64,000 nucleotides of DNA, taken from Leucoraja erinacea (Eukaryota). The position numbers and the translations under genes were made by a program. Below, one piece after another: positions 12,820 to 26,561 of the stretch (position 1 is the first letter of the stretch; each line of letters begins with the position of its first letter). The stretch spans positions 83,142,001 to 83,206,000 of the forward strand of contig NC_073378.1 of the NCBI RefSeq assembly GCF_028641065.1. The letters are read 5' to 3'. Below the pieces are notes generated by a model. It did no database searches. It worked only from the letters and a program-made list of their open reading frames with translations, and was not told the DNA's origin.

Positions 12820-13280
12820 CATAGAAACATAGAAAATAGGTGCAGGAATAGGCCATCGGCCCTTCGAGCCAGCACTGCCATTCAATATGATCATGGCTAT
12901 TCATCTAAAATCAGTACCTCTTTCCTGTTTTTTCCCCGTATCCCTTGATGTCGTTTGCCCCAAGAACTAAATGTAACTCTCTCTTGAAAACATCCAGTGA
13001 ATTGGCCTGCACTGCCTGCCTTCTGTGGATGTTTTTTCCCCGTATCCCTTGATGTCGTTTGCCCCAAGAACTAAATGTAACTCTCTCTTGAAAACATCCA
13101 GTGAATTGGCCTGCACTGCCTTCTGTGGCAGAGAATTCCACAAATTCACAACTCTCTACGTGAAGAAAGTTTGTCCTCATCTCAGTCCTAACTGCCCCCC
13201 CCCCCCCCCTCCTTCTCCCTTCTTAAACTGTGACCCATGGTTCCGAACTCCCCCCAACATCGGGAACATTTTTCCTGCAG
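12820..13280 (-). mobile_element. CR1 3' fragment with an internal ~100-bp tandem duplication
   Basis: catagaaa tail; LWNSLPQKAV motif; 12926-13028 is repeated at 13030-13128. Confidence 0.85.
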
Positions 13281-13339
13281 TTACAGTAAGTGAAAATCTA
13301 GCAGGCAAGCAGGATGCTTTCCCCCCTCCAACCACCCCC

Positions 13340-14165
13340 ATTTGAAGTCCCACTATCTTCCACTGTTCTCTACCCCCTCGGTACTAACTACTTCCTTTCC
13401 CAGCCACTCCCCCTGGTCGGCCTCCAGGATGCACCGAGCCTCCCAGCCTGATCCATGCCGGTCACCTGGGCAAATCTCTCGACACAGAGACTCTCTCTCT
13501 CTCTTTCCCCCCCTCTCTTCCGCTCTCCCCCTCTCCTCTCCAACTCATTTCTCCCTCCTCTCTCTTCCCCTTCTCTCTCTGTCCATTCTTTCTCCTACCC
13601 TCTCCTCCCTCCCCCTCCACCCCTCTCTCTCCTCTCCCCCCCCTTCTCTCTCTCTCTCCCTCTCCTTCACTCTCTCCCCCCTGTCCCTCTCACCCCTCTC
13701 TCTCTCCTCTCCCCTCTTCTCCCCCCCCCCTCTTTCTCTCCCCACTGTCTCCCTGTCTCCTTCCCCTCTCTCTCTCACTCTCTCCATCTCCCTTTGAGAG
13801 TCTGTCCCTTTGAGAGACTCTCGCGGCAGCGGCGCAACGCTTCCGACGCCACCGACGCCCGGGACACTCGCATTGTCCGGAGTGCTCCATGGCCGGAGCT
13901 GCAGCGAGCGACACCCTGGCCCCGGCAAACACTCGTCCATCCCGGCTCCCCGCATCTGTTCCAGCCGCTGGTTCTGCTCCCACCCCTCCCGCAGCCCAGG
14001 CTCTCCAACACCCGCGGACCATGCAGTTTATCCGAGTTTTGAAATTTTCGTTGATCACAAAATTTCTCACCTCTGAGCGTGAGAAATTTCTGACGAGCGT
14101 GAGGGCGTGAGAGTTTGCTTGAGGGCGTGAGTCTCACGCTCAAAGCGTGAGAGTTGGCAGCCCTG
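13340..14165. mobile_element. hAT-like element remnant (right TIR only) with CT-rich tract
   Basis: Ends gcgtgagagttggcagccctg (cagggctgccaac-type TIR) with subterminal gcgtgag repeats; left end not found. Confidence 0.55.
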
Positions 14166-14166
14166 G

Positions 14167-14242
14167 TGTTGGTCAGCTGTGGACTCAGTGGGCCAAAGGG
14201 CCTGTTTCCACTCTCTAACTAAATTAAACTAAACTAAACTAA
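14167..14242 (+). mobile_element. SINE/LINE 3' tail
   Basis: gtgggccaaagggcctgtttcc + (aacta)n. Confidence 0.7.
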
Positions 14243-17017
14243 GTGCTCATTAATAACCATTTCCAACAAGTGAGAGTCTGAAACCATTAATTGATTGTAA
14301 TTTAAAGAATGTTTGTTTCCTCTGGCGTTATTAACATGAGTGCTATTTAATAATCATTTCTGACAAGAGAGGGAATCTTATCTTTCACATTCAGTGTCAT
14401 TGCCATCCCCATCCTCATCCTCATCTTGGGAAAGACCTGTGACCAGAAACATCTGCATTTGCTTATGAATACCATGAGAACAAGACCTGGTCAGGGGCTG
14501 AGTTTCCTTCCAGAAACGGTGCACATCCTAGCTCCCTAAAATTTTCCATCGCTTACAAGGCAAATGTCAAGAGTGTATTGGGGTATTGTTGTCAGGGTAA
14601 ATACAGCTCCATCAGTAGTCAACCTTTTCAGTGGAAAAAACGCAACCTGCTCAGTTGGCAACCGAGCATCAACTCCCAATGTCTGCTTTGTCCACCACCC
14701 ACAGATCTTGGCTACAGTGGGCTCCATCGATAAAATGGTTTACACCTTATTTCAGGTGATTCTGGGATAGATTTGCAGTGCAGGGATTTGAATATAAACC
14801 ACTAAAACATGAGCCACTTTTGATAGTCATTAGATCAAGAAGTCGTTCAACTCATTAGTCTGGGCTAGATTCACAGCTAAGTCCCAAAGGGGAAATGTTT
14901 GAGTTATAATTCACTACATTACATTGTCCCAGCTAACTATGAAATGTTAAACCATTTTACATCTTGCCAGGCAGGTTTTACCAAAAGTAATGACATATTG
15001 GGGATAAAGTGTGATTCTTCTACGTAGAAAGTCTGTTGCCTTATTTGAGTCTGAGTCTGCCTTATTTTAAATGTATGTTTTGCCATGAGATTTTTTTTAC
15101 TGATGAGTTAAAAAGTACGGCAACATGTTTATTTTGTCATGTTTATTCTCAGTTAATAGTCGTATTCAAATTTAACACAACAAACTATTATAAGCTTAAA
15201 TGCACTCTGCTCAATTAAACCGGTTATTTATCAATATGCATTGTTCTATTTTTATGTCAGATTTTAACACCCAGAAGCTTGGCGTCTTGCACTTCCAACA
15301 ATATGACAAGATTAAAAATTAGAGTGATCATCTGCATTTGCTTTATGCGTATTGGGTGATGCCGAATGATACCTTCATATTTTCTGCACCTTTTCTGAGG
15401 TGTGCAATGCGCACAAATGCGTACAATGTGGAATGCACAAAGGCCTTCTTCCTGTTAGGTCTCCATCAATGAGTGGAAGAAACTGACCTGCTTCTATGTG
15501 GCTGCTGTCATTGTTGGCTGTCATCCTTGGCACTACCTGTGGGATATCAGACTGCCTAAAGGGGCACTAAACCAGTTTAAAATTAAAAAAAATCTAGATC
15601 CTCGGGATTCAAATTGGTGGCCCAGCTGTGAAAGAGTGCCAGGAGTAAGTTTCACTGTATTTCTTTAAGACTGATAGATGTAGGGATACCTTCCTTCAAA
15701 ATAGATTGGCCTCCCAAAGTCTGGTCAACAAAAAACCCATCCCCTTTTCTTATTTAAGTGAAAAATATTTTTTTCTTTCACTTAAGTGAAAGCCTAATTT
15801 CCTCTGGATCTCTGCGCTAGTCTGTTTGCAACGGCAATCATTCATTCATGTTTAAAAACATTTTGTATGGAGAAGTCTTTACATCAACAGAAATATTTTG
15901 GTTCTTTTGGTGTAAATTTGGAAATATTTGCTTGGTTCGGTGTTGTTGGTTTGGTGTTGTTTCCCCACCGTAAGAATGGCGCAACCATAATTTCTCAACT
16001 AGGCTTATCAAAGGATGTGTCACGAAAGGAGGTGTTAATTTTCAGCCAGGAAGCTACAAAAATTGGTAAACATTGCAGTCTGTTGAGATCAGAGTAGGGA
16101 CTGGAGAATAAACAGCTTGAGAAAGTTGGGATTGGCTTCAGTGAACATAATACAGGCAGGCCACCTTTACTGTTACCAAGTTATAGCCTGGAAATGAAGA
16201 AATGCTCATTGACTTTTTACATTGTGATGGATTATGGCAGTTTGATTTGTGTCATAGTTTGATGTTAGATTTCAGATTAAAGCTGCCACTGAAATGTCTG
16301 TTTCTGTAAATCAGCAGTGTGACATCAATCAATGTTTAGTTGCTTGTGGCTGCAATTTGAAATTATCTCTTTAGAACACAAAGGATCCACAAGAAAAAGA
16401 GGCAATGTTTCATTTTGTCCTTTGCGCTGTTCATGAATCATTCCATAGTCATAGGCCTAAAGTAGAAGCCGGTGAAGTGTAAACAACATTACTGCCACTA
16501 TAGTGAGAACTTTAATGTCCTTTGTGTCCTCAGACGCATAGACATTAATGATCGTGGTGGTTACAACTGCAGGATTTGTTTTGGTTTGTTGAGAACCAAT
16601 ATTATAAAAAAAGTCAAAAATCAAATGTACAAAATATTTTCTTCAATATTCCACTGTGTACTCATAAAATGCCACACAGAAATTTCTGGAAATCATAGAA
16701 CTCCTATGAAGTAATTTTTCACTTTGCCATGAATAAGGAGCTGTCACATAACCTACCATAAATATTGTGTTTGCTTTCCTCCTTTAGGATAAAATTATAT
16801 TAAAAAAACTACCTGGAAATTGGTCGAGGAAAGGGAGGAAAGGATATATTATGTATTTATTTAATTTCATGTGTGTATGACACAAAATATGATAAATGCA
16901 AGTGAACATCTATAGGGTGAGAATGAATAAATTTGAGAATTCCGGATCTGGATGTGTCTGTAAATATGATCACATCAGGAAAAATCAGTGTGCATAATCA
17001 ATACATTTATAACACAA

Positions 17018-18170
17018 CTAGACTAAGTGGGACCCGTTGGGTCCCTGTCACACGGGAGGCCTGATCCCCCAATGCAACCCGTTCCCCCAACACAATATTC
17101 CACCACTCACCCATAGCCCCCAACTGTGCAGGTGTGGCTAATTTCCCCTCATCCCCAGCACTCCCTCCCTCTCTTCTTCATCCTCCCACTTCTTTCCCCT
17201 CTCCTCCTCCCCTTCCCAATCCCTCCTCACCTTTTCCTCCCTCTCCTTTTCCTCCCTCTCCTTTTCCTCCCTCTCCTTCCCCTACCCTCAGTCACTCCCT
17301 CCTTCACTCCTCTCCCCTCCCAACCCCCGTCTTATCTCTCTATTCCCCACTACGCACCTCCCCCTAACTTCCCCACTATACCTCTTCCCCTCCCCCACTG
17401 CCCTCCTCTCCCTCTATTTACCACTCCCTACCTCCCCCACTCCCTCTCCTCTCCCTCTATTCCCCCTCTTTCCCCCCTCTCCCCGACCTCGCCTCCCCCA
17501 CTCCCCCCCCTCCCTCCCTCCCTACCCCCTCCTCTCCCTCAATCCACACACACTCGCCCTCCTCACCTCCCCAGGTTCACGAGGTGCTGCTCCTTTCCCT
17601 CCTTGCGTGCCCGGAGGAGCAGCAGCCATCGGCCTCAGAGCCAGCCTCAGCGCCCAGGCCCCGGATCGTTAGTGTGGCCTCTCCCCGCCCCTGGAATCGC
17701 CCGCTGCCGCCCGCAGACCCAGCCCAAGCCTCAGCGCCAAGGCGGCAGATCCCTGCAGTCGGCGCGTCCTCTTTCTGCCCCCAGAGCCGGCCATTGCCGC
17801 CCGCAGACGCAGCCCCAGCCTCAGAGCCAAGATGGCAGATCTATGCGGGCCAGGAGCAACAGTAAAATGGAAGTAATGTTACCCGTGTCGCTGTTGTGAA
17901 AAAAAGATGGTGATCTGAAATCTGGAAAGACCCAACTGCGCAGGCACAGCTCAGGACCTGTTGTCTGCCCTTTGCAACACCAGTAAAGATGCGCACAGGA
18001 ACTCTCCCCCAACTGCGCATGCACGGGTGGGGGCGCTGCTTTAAGTTAATTTAAAAAAAAAATGTTAATAACTTTTAAAATATACCATCAACCTGAACAA
18101 AACTTATTTCATTTACAGCACAGGACAATGGTGAGTAAGGTGGGGCAAAAATTGTAGTGCTATCGTGTAC
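17018..18170 (-). mobile_element. Non-autonomous Helitron (3' end intact, 5' end lost at the CR1 junction)
   Basis: Minus strand ends gggacccaacgggtccc hairpin + acttagtCTAG followed by T; 18060-18170 resembles the 5' module at 26295-26405. Confidence 0.75.
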
Positions 18171-18171
18171 C

Positions 18172-20255
18172 ATTCATCCCCAATCGGTACCCCATTCCTG
18201 CCTTCTCCCCATATCCCCTCACTCTGTTATTTTTAAGAGCCCTATCTAGCTCTCTCTTGAAAGCATCTAGAGAACCTGCCTCCACCGCCCTCTGTGGCAG
18301 AGAATTTCACAGACTCACCACTCTCTGTGAGAAAAAGTGTTTCCTCATCTCCATTCTAAATGGCTTAATCCTTATTATTAAACTGTGGCCCCTGGTTCTG
18401 GACTCCCCCAACATCGGGAACATGTTTCCTGCCTCTAGCGTGTCCAAGCCCTTAACAATCTTACATGTTTCAATGAGATCCCCTCTCAACCTTCTAATCT
18501 CCAGAGAGTACAAGCCCAGCTGCTCCACTCTCTCAGCATATGACAGTCCCGCCATCCCAGGAATTAACCTTGTAAACCTATGCTGCACTCCCTCAATAGC
18601 AAGAATGTCCTTCCTCAAATTAGGAGACTAAAACTGCACACAATACTCCAGGTGTGGTCTCACTAGGGCTCTATAGAACTGCAGAAGGACCTCTTTGCTC
18701 CTATATTCAATTCCTCTTGTTATAAAGGCAAACATGCCATTCGCTTTCTTCACTGCCTGCTGTGCCTGCATGCTTACTTTCATACTGATGAACAAGGATC
18801 CCCAGAACCCGTTGTACTTCCCCTTTTCCCAACTTGACTCCATTTAGATAGTAATCTGCGTTTTTGCTACCGAAGTGGATAACCTCACATTTATCCGCAT
18901 TAAACTTCAGCTGCCATGCATCTGCCCACTCCCCCAACCTGTCCAAGTCACCCTGCATTCTCATAGCATCCTCCTCACAGTTCACATTGCCACCCAGCTT
19001 TGTGTCATCTGCAAATTTGCTAATGTTACTTTGAATCCATTCATCTAAATCATTGATATATATTGTAAATAGCTGTGGTCCCAGCACCGAGCCTTGCGGT
19101 ACCCCACTAGTCACTGCCTGCCATTCTGAAAAGGACCCGTTAATCCCTACTCTTTGTTTCCTGTCTGCCAACCACTTCTCTATCCATGTCAGCACCAAAG
19201 ATCTTAGAGCGGAGCAAGATGGGTTACTCTCACGCAAACGCGTAGTACGCTCATGGGCGGATTCATGGGTGAGTATAAGACCCATTCATCAGTTCATCTT
19301 TGGATCAGAAGAAATATAATTGTGTGTGTTATATGATTATATACATTTATATCACATTCATGTATGTGTGTTTATAAACATTTTATTCTTTAACAAGAAT
19401 TAACAGAATTATGAACTAACAGAATTATGAATCTAACCCTATATCACACACAAAAACTTCCCCCACAATGTCAATTACCCTGCGAGTCGGGTCGGTTCCG
19501 GTTACTACAAAATCAACTCAAACACTGCTTGTGAGCCATTTAAATCGAAATGATTTAAAAAACATTAAAAAAGACAATTACCAGAGTCAAATTTTATTCT
19601 TCACAAGAAGTATGAACTGACAGAATTATGAATCTAACCCTATATCACACACACAAACTGTTGCCCCGCAACATTGATTACACTGCGAGTCTGGTCGGGT
19701 CAGGTAGGCTCCGGTTACTAAAATGGGCGGGGAAAATGCCCAGGATCCCCTCCATAGCGTACTACACGTCAGCCCATTGTATTTCGCAGGAGAAGCCCAT
19801 CTTGCTCTGCTCTAAGATCTTTGGTCAGCACTCTACCCCCTAATTTTGCCCACTAATCTCCTATGTGGGACCTTATCAAATGCTTTCTGAAAGTCTAGGT
19901 ACACTACACCCACTGGCTCTCCCTTGTCCATTTTCCTAGTTACATCTTCAAAAAATTCCAGAAGATTAGTCAAACATGATTTCCCCTTCGTAAATCCATG
20001 CTGACTCGGACCGACCCTGTTACTGCTATCCAAATGTTCGGCTATGCCATCTTTTATAATTGACTCCAGCATCTTCCCCACCACCGATGTCAGGCTAACT
20101 GGTCTATAATTCCCTGTTTTCTCTCTCCCGTATTTAAAAAAATTGGGATAACATTAGCTACCCTCTAATCCACAGGAACTGATCCTGACTCTATAGAACA
20201 TTGGAAAATTATCACCAATGCATCCATGATTTCTAGAGCCACTTCCTTAAGTACC
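18172..20255 (-). mobile_element. CR1 LINE ORF2 remnant (RT)
   Basis: SGVPQGSVLGPQLFTIYINDLD...KFADDTK (18707 ORF), QHGFTKGKSCLTNL..VYLDFQKAFDKVPH (19833 ORF). Confidence 0.93.
19196..19823. mobile_element. MITE with 8-bp TSD (hAT-like) nested in CR1
   Basis: TIRs caaagatcttagagcggagcaagatggg / cccatcttgctctgctctaagatctttg; perfect TSD gtcagcac (19188-19195, 19824-19831); internal ~120-bp direct repeats. Confidence 0.9.
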
Positions 20256-20577
20256 CTTAAGTATACTACAGATATATATAGACAGATAGAAACTGACACA
20301 TGACAATCAGAATACACTGGTTACCCTATGATCTTATTGATGCTGTTTTATTTAAGCTTTGAAATATTAAAACAATGTAAATCCTTAAAGGATTCAAATG
20401 AACACAGCCACCTCTTGCATCCTGGATTGAAATAATATTCTGGTTTATCACCAGAAAAGATGGGGATAAATGTATTGCTTCCACTGTGCAATGCTCTATA
20501 TGAAAGACAGTAAATGAACTCAATTTTCAAGGACACACTAAATATAAACACAAGTAGACTAATAAATTGTGCTTTAT

Positions 20578-20770
20578 TATTCAGATTCAGATTCAATTTA
20601 AATTGTCATTGTCAGTGTACAGTACAGAGACAACGAAATGCATTTAGCATCTCCCTGGAAGAGCGACATAGCATATGATTTGAATAAATAATAATAAGTG
20701 TCCGGGGGGGGGGGGTTGGGGGGGGGGGGATGGGGGTGGTGATTGGCAGTCACCGAGGTACGTTGTTGAA
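20578..20770 (-). mobile_element. LINE 3' tail (Rex1-like), (tgaatc)n end
   Basis: attcagattcagattcaatttaaattgtcattgtc...gagacaacgaaatgc, comparable to the tail at 49610-49675. Confidence 0.55.
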
Positions 20771-22067
20771 TAAATTAAGTTTATTTAATGAAGTAGTTGC
20801 ATTTTATATCGCCATTTTATTGAAGATGGGCAAGGGTGTGTTGAAATGATTAGATATCACGTTCGGAAAATGGTTTCAGATATTCTAATACTGCATCAAT
20901 ATTCTCACTGGAAGTAGCAAGTTATAAGGTGAGGACCTAACACAGATGGATGAAATTGACAAGTGGCTTGGTCTGACAGCATTGATCAGTGACAGCACAG
21001 CAGAGTGTAGAGTGTAGTTATAAGCAGACCTCCCAGTAGTTTAGCTTTTCATGTCTTGTGTTTGAAGGACCATTGTGGACAGCTCCTACAGGGAATCTGC
21101 AAATTCAGGCAGAGCTCCTCACACTGGTAATAGTGTCCGCTGTAGCCATTGGTTCCCTTCTGAATTCTGGAATAACCTCCTGAGTTCCATCATACATATT
21201 AACAAGTACAATACTCCAGATGAGCAACTTGAATATAAACACAAGCTTGTCATGAGGGCTTTCACTAAATAATGTCTTTGCAATGTGAGATCATGGCTTC
21301 AAGTTCAAAATGGTTATGTCAGATGGACAAACACGTCTGTTGGCTAGTCCTCGTCGAGTCAGATTTATCCTTTCGGACAGCAAACATCATTTATCTTGTT
21401 CATGCCTGGAGAAAGATAACATGCAGCAGCAATAATTCAAATAGCAGAACAAAACACACTGACATTCTGCAACAGCTAAAATGAAGTGTCTGAATTTTAT
21501 TTTCAAATTGCTCAGTGGATTATGCTGCAGTTAATAGGAATATAGGATACTCCCACATAACTATGAATGGCTGGATGAAAATCATGAGCTTCTGTGGATT
21601 GTTAAGGCAAAACTGGCTTTGTCATTATCCTTTGGGCATACTGTATATTCAAATATGAATATTTCCTTCCTTACGATAATATTCTCCCTTTCATTGAGAA
21701 AGAACTTCTGAACTAAAATTCAATAAGTTTTAGGTTGAGATAGGAATACACTGCAATGTACAAGTGACTGAAATGTGTTACATTCTTTGCTTGGACTGAA
21801 ACGAGGATTAAATATTTTTGAATAGATACTGCATTTTTTGTTGAGTGTATGTGATGGAATGAGAAAGGAAACAAGCCAGTTTTCTGTTAAATTTATCCAG
21901 TTCATGAGAGTTAGGGACTAATATTGGGACATTGAAGCAAAGCATAACTGAAAAAGATGCAACTCACAGGCAAGGTAAATGTCTCTTGTTCATTATTTCA
22001 TGGTATTTTCTTTAATTGTACTGTTGTGATCTTTGCTTGCTACCAGTTTTGTTAAGTCCTCGCCTTA

Positions 22068-22378
22068 GGGCGGCATAGTAGCGCAGAGGTAGAGCTGCTG
22101 CCTTTCAGTGCCAGAGACCCGTGTTTCATCCTGACTATGGGTGCTGCATGTACAGAGTTTGTACAATCTCCCTGTGACCATGTGGGTATTCTCCAGGTAC
22201 TCTAGTTTCCTCCCATATTCCAATGAAGTAGGTTAATTGGCTTCTGTAAATTGTCCCTAGTGTAGAGTAAATTGTCTCTTGTGCAGAGTAGAACTAGTAT
22301 ATGCATGATTGCTGGTTGGCATGGAGTCTGTGGGCTGAAGGGCCTGTTTCCACGCTCTATCTCTGAACTAAACTAAAA
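22068..22378 (+). mobile_element. Near full-length tRNA-derived V-SINE (HE1-like)
   Basis: A/B-box-like head (tagtagcgcagagg; gtgtttcatcc), V-domain (gagtttgtacaatctccctgtgaccatgtgggt...tttcctccca), CR1-type tail + aactaaactaa. Confidence 0.85.
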
Positions 22379-25086
22379 AATCTATTTTATATGTAGCTTG
22401 AACACCATAAATTATTAATTTTCCATTGATGGTTTTTGTTGATAGACTAATTGAAAATTAAATTGTTGTCTTAATATCTTTTAAGTTTGGTTAATCTTCT
22501 GTACTTAATATTTTAAAGACAAAAATAAGTAGATTGGGATTGATTTGAGAGATGCCATGACAATTATTACAATGCTACAGATGAATTGAGCACATTATTT
22601 TGATAAATTTACAGAAATTGAATTTGGAAATACTCAGGAGTGCGGTAAGGACACCATTAATCTACACTGCAGCACTTGGTGGAATGCAGATCCTATGGCT
22701 TTTGGCTCAGTAGCATTCATGACCAATTTCTGCTGCAGTCAAAATTACAGATGCATGTTATTATGCCTTTGCGTAAATCATTTTTCCCTTCAGACAAAAT
22801 AATATTTTGCAGGTTACTAATAGATAGAGCAAATATCTGCAAGATGTTCTCAGACTAAATGTGCAAGCAGCAATAAACTGAAAGCAGAGTATGTTTTCTT
22901 GTTTCCTTCTGTGGAAATATCTTTATGGTTTCCAGCACCACTTACTAAAAAAAGGTGTAAACTATTTTTCAGTTCGCTGAAGTCCGACCAAGTAACCAGA
23001 GAGTCCAAATTAAGATAATCTATGATTACAGTATATCATTAACATTAAAAAGTTTTCCACAACTTATTTCAAATGCTTTTGTTAGGATCTAAACAGATAA
23101 TAAAACTAATACAAACATGTAGCTTACAATGTAGCTTACAATGTTCAGAATTGTTACAAAGTTCACATTTTCTTCTTCATTTCAAACACATAAATATGTG
23201 TGCATTACCATTGGGGATAAATGGACTGTTATGTGTTACAAACTATTTCAGTGCGTGGTCACTATGATATGTTTAATGGATAACAACTCCTCTCTCAGGC
23301 AATCTTCTGAACAAATGCATATCTAATGACATAAAGTACTTTTGAGTTGATCAGAATATTTATTCAAACACAAAGCTACACAAAAATGAATTTAGAAGTG
23401 ATCATTTAAAGCAGAACTCACAAGCAAAATTAAAAGTGCCTTCAGAAGCAGGATTCAGATACCAGCAGTAAGATCGTTTACATCACCATAGTTTAACAGC
23501 GGTACTTATAGCTTCAGCATTACCACGACTCAGTAACCAGAACTTAATGTTTCAGTGTAATCAGATAGCAGCAAGCAGCAGTGAGAATTGTTGCAGCACA
23601 GAGATTCAATGAGCACTATAGACAGCTTTCTTATAACCAAAGCACTGTTAGTTGTAGTGGGAGCTGCTCCATAATCACAAATGATTGCTGTTCGGGGAGT
23701 TTTTACATAACCAGACTGAGACAATTACATTGTAATGTCATGTTTTTGTTGTAAAATTTGCTGAGTTTATGTTCTTTTTATTCTTTTTCAAAACTAAATT
23801 AGTGATGCTGATTTAAGATGATTTTAAATACAGCCAGATGTCCTAATCTTCCATGCAAGATCCATATTTTTCTTGGGTGTATATACTGTAAAATCAAAAG
23901 TTATGATAGTCTGGTAGGCTGTGGGCCGAGGAGCTTTTTCGTTCAAGTTCGTAACCCAACTCACGGAACTACCTGAATTTTTAATATATTGTGTAAAAAT
24001 ATTATATAAATCATACCTGAAACTCGTGAAGACCAAAACCTGCACATTTTTTTGAAATATGAGAAAAATCTCCAATTTACGGTGTAGTGATTGTCCAATC
24101 AATGCACATTTAACATTGAGGTCGGACGCAAATTGACCAATCCCGCGCTTTGTTTTATGGTCGCTAGGCAGCGAGGACCCTGGGATCATGGCTGCCTCCT
24201 AATTACATCAAAACAATTACAAGGTTTCTAAGGAATAAAGGTAATGCTAACCTTGCTGATAATTTTGTTTTCAATTGATTTATCTTTATAAAGTTATGAC
24301 GTGAACTGTTAAATAAAAATGATGAATAACAAATGTAGAGTTAGGATTAAGGTTAAGGTCAGTCGGTCGGTCGGTCGGGCTTGTCGGTAGGACGGTGGAT
24401 GCTGCAAAGGGTCGGTCGTGTTGTCGGTAGGACTGGTGGATGCTGCGAGGGTCAGTCGGGCAGTTGGTAGGCCGGTGAGTGCTGTGAAGAGGTCGGTCAG
24501 GCTGTTGGTAGGCCGAGTGCTGCGAAGGGTCGGTAGGCCTGTGAGTGCTGCGAAGGGTCGGTCGGGCTGTCGGCCGGCCGGTGTTGCAGCGAGCATGCAG
24601 GTGGACTGACAGAGCCGGCGCTATGGGGGTGCTGAAGGCGGCCCGGGTGCCGTGCAGGGCAGTGCTGCTCCCCACCAGCATCACCACGATGATCCAGAAG
24701 GGCATGCTGGACGAGGTGAACCTGTCTTCTTTCCAAAACCTCTTTCGAGATCTTAACCAAAACTTCTGTCTCACTCTCTGTAACTGCCATTCACCCCCCG
24801 TCAGAGGTATCCTTTGACTTAATGGCTCCAGCTCCGGCCGTGGGCAGCTCTGGATGGGGGGGCGAGTTAGGGTTAGGGTTAGGCATTTTCCTCTCAGTGG
24901 AAGATGCCTTAGCCTTCCCCCAGTCCCACTATGGCCATGACCCCCACTCTGCACACTGGCACTCAGTGGGGTTCAGTAAATGGGGGAACCTACAGGAACT
25001 GCCCTCACCCATTAATTAGGCTGGTTCAGGAGCCGGACATCTGCGGCAGTCTCATTCAAAAAACATACTCACAATTATATTAATTA

Positions 25087-26470
25087 CTAGACGAAGTGGG
25101 ACCTGTTGTGTCCCAGCATCACACGGTACAATATTCCACCTCTCCACCAATTCCAATTTTGGTGGCCAGTGGGTGGGGAGGGCAGGGGGCTTACTGGAGC
25201 GCTAGTATGGGTGTTGTGGGCTGAAGGGACTGGTTTCCAGAGGGCTAGTATGGACATTGTGGACCTAATGGTTTCTTGGGCTGGTGGTTTAGTCATTCAA
25301 GGCTGTTGTTGGGCTGGCAGTTGACTCTTGGCTAGTCCTTGAAATTCCATTTTAAGCAGGGTGCAAGGCTACCAAATTCAAGTGCAGTTTCTTACCACTT
25401 CAAGTAGGGTGCAAGGCCACCAAATTCAAGTGCAGTTTCATACCATTTCAAGCAGGGTGGAAGGCCACTAAAGACTGCGAGTCGTGACCTCTCCCACCTC
25501 CATCTTCCAGAGACTGAGCCACGACCACACTTCTGGGTTTTACAGTCCCTCCCCCCTCAACTTCCCACAAGAAGGGGCGTGGCCTTCATAGCATGGTTGA
25601 CAGGAGAGAGAATCTCAACATTTTTAAAACACTAATAACTGTTTTATTTTTCATCGAAGGGAAAATCCTCGGCAGCTGATGAGCAGAGAGGGACTGAGTA
25701 AGATGGCCAAAGATCACAGCCGTACGTGGTAGCATTTTTTTCTGAAATCAATATAAAGCGCAAACAGGAAGTGGTCAAGATTAGACTTTTAATTATATAG
25801 AAGGCAAGGCAAATTTTAATTAGGCAAGGCAGCTTTAATTAGGCAAGGCAACTTTAATTAGGCAAGGCAACTTTAATTAGGCATGGCAACTTTAATTAGG
25901 CAACACAGCTTTAGCATTTCCAAACCAAATGCAACACAGCTTTAGCATTTCCAAACCAAATGCAACACAGCTTTAGCATTTCCAAACCAAAGGCAACACA
26001 GCTTTAGCATTTCCAAACCAAAGACAACACAGCTTTAGCGTTTCCAAACCAAGGGCAACACAGCTTTAACATTTCCAAACTATATTTTCAAACCACATTA
26101 AGGGCACTGACATGTCAGTAAAACCACTCACAGTTTAGTAGACATGTGTTCAATGTTATTAACACCTCAGACTGAGAGACGTGACCCCCTCGCTCCCCCA
26201 TCTTGCAGAGACTGACTGAGGCACAACACTTCGAAGATTTATAGTCACTCCGGAAGGGGCATGGCCTTCAGGAGAGAGAATCTCAACATTTTTTGAACAC
26301 TAATAACTCTTTTATTTTTCATCGATGGGAAAAATCCTCTTGTCCTGCGCAGCGGAGGGGGACTCTGAGTAAGATGGCCAAAAATTACAGCCGTAATTGG
26401 CAGCATTTTTTCTAAAATCAATATACAGAACAACAGGAAGTGGTCAATATCAGACATTTAGTAATATAGA
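25087..26470 (-). mobile_element. Complete non-autonomous composite Helitron
   Basis: Minus strand 5' A|TCTATATTACTAAA at 26470, 3' hairpin + CTAG|T at 25087, no TSD; second internal 5' end at 25801. Confidence 0.8.
25802..26080 (+). repeat. Two adjacent minisatellites inside the Helitron
   Basis: About 5 x ~19-20 bp aggcaaggcaactttaatt, then about 6 x ~30-31 bp gcaacacagctttagcatttccaaaccaaa. Confidence 0.9.
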
Positions 26471-26517
26471 TATTATTTTTATATAATACAATTATACATA
26501 ATTATCTATGATTACAG

Positions 26518-26518
<1 letters not shown>

Positions 26519-26561
<43 letters not shown>

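Noticed and set aside
13342-14143. Pro/Ser/Leu- and Arg/Glu-rich ORFs (also 17126-17899 and 45072-45727)
   Set aside because: CT- or C-rich low-complexity DNA inside repeats.
18707-19285. RT ORF as an active or retron-like reverse transcriptase
   Set aside because: Fragment of a frameshifted CR1 ORF2 whose apparent N-terminus comes from an inserted MITE.
23019-23033. atctatgattacagt shared with ~26504-26518
   Set aside because: A 15-bp AT-rich match with no element boundaries to make it a TSD; may be chance.
24867-24883. Interstitial telomere
   Set aside because: Only about 3 TTAGGG units, which is common within repeats.
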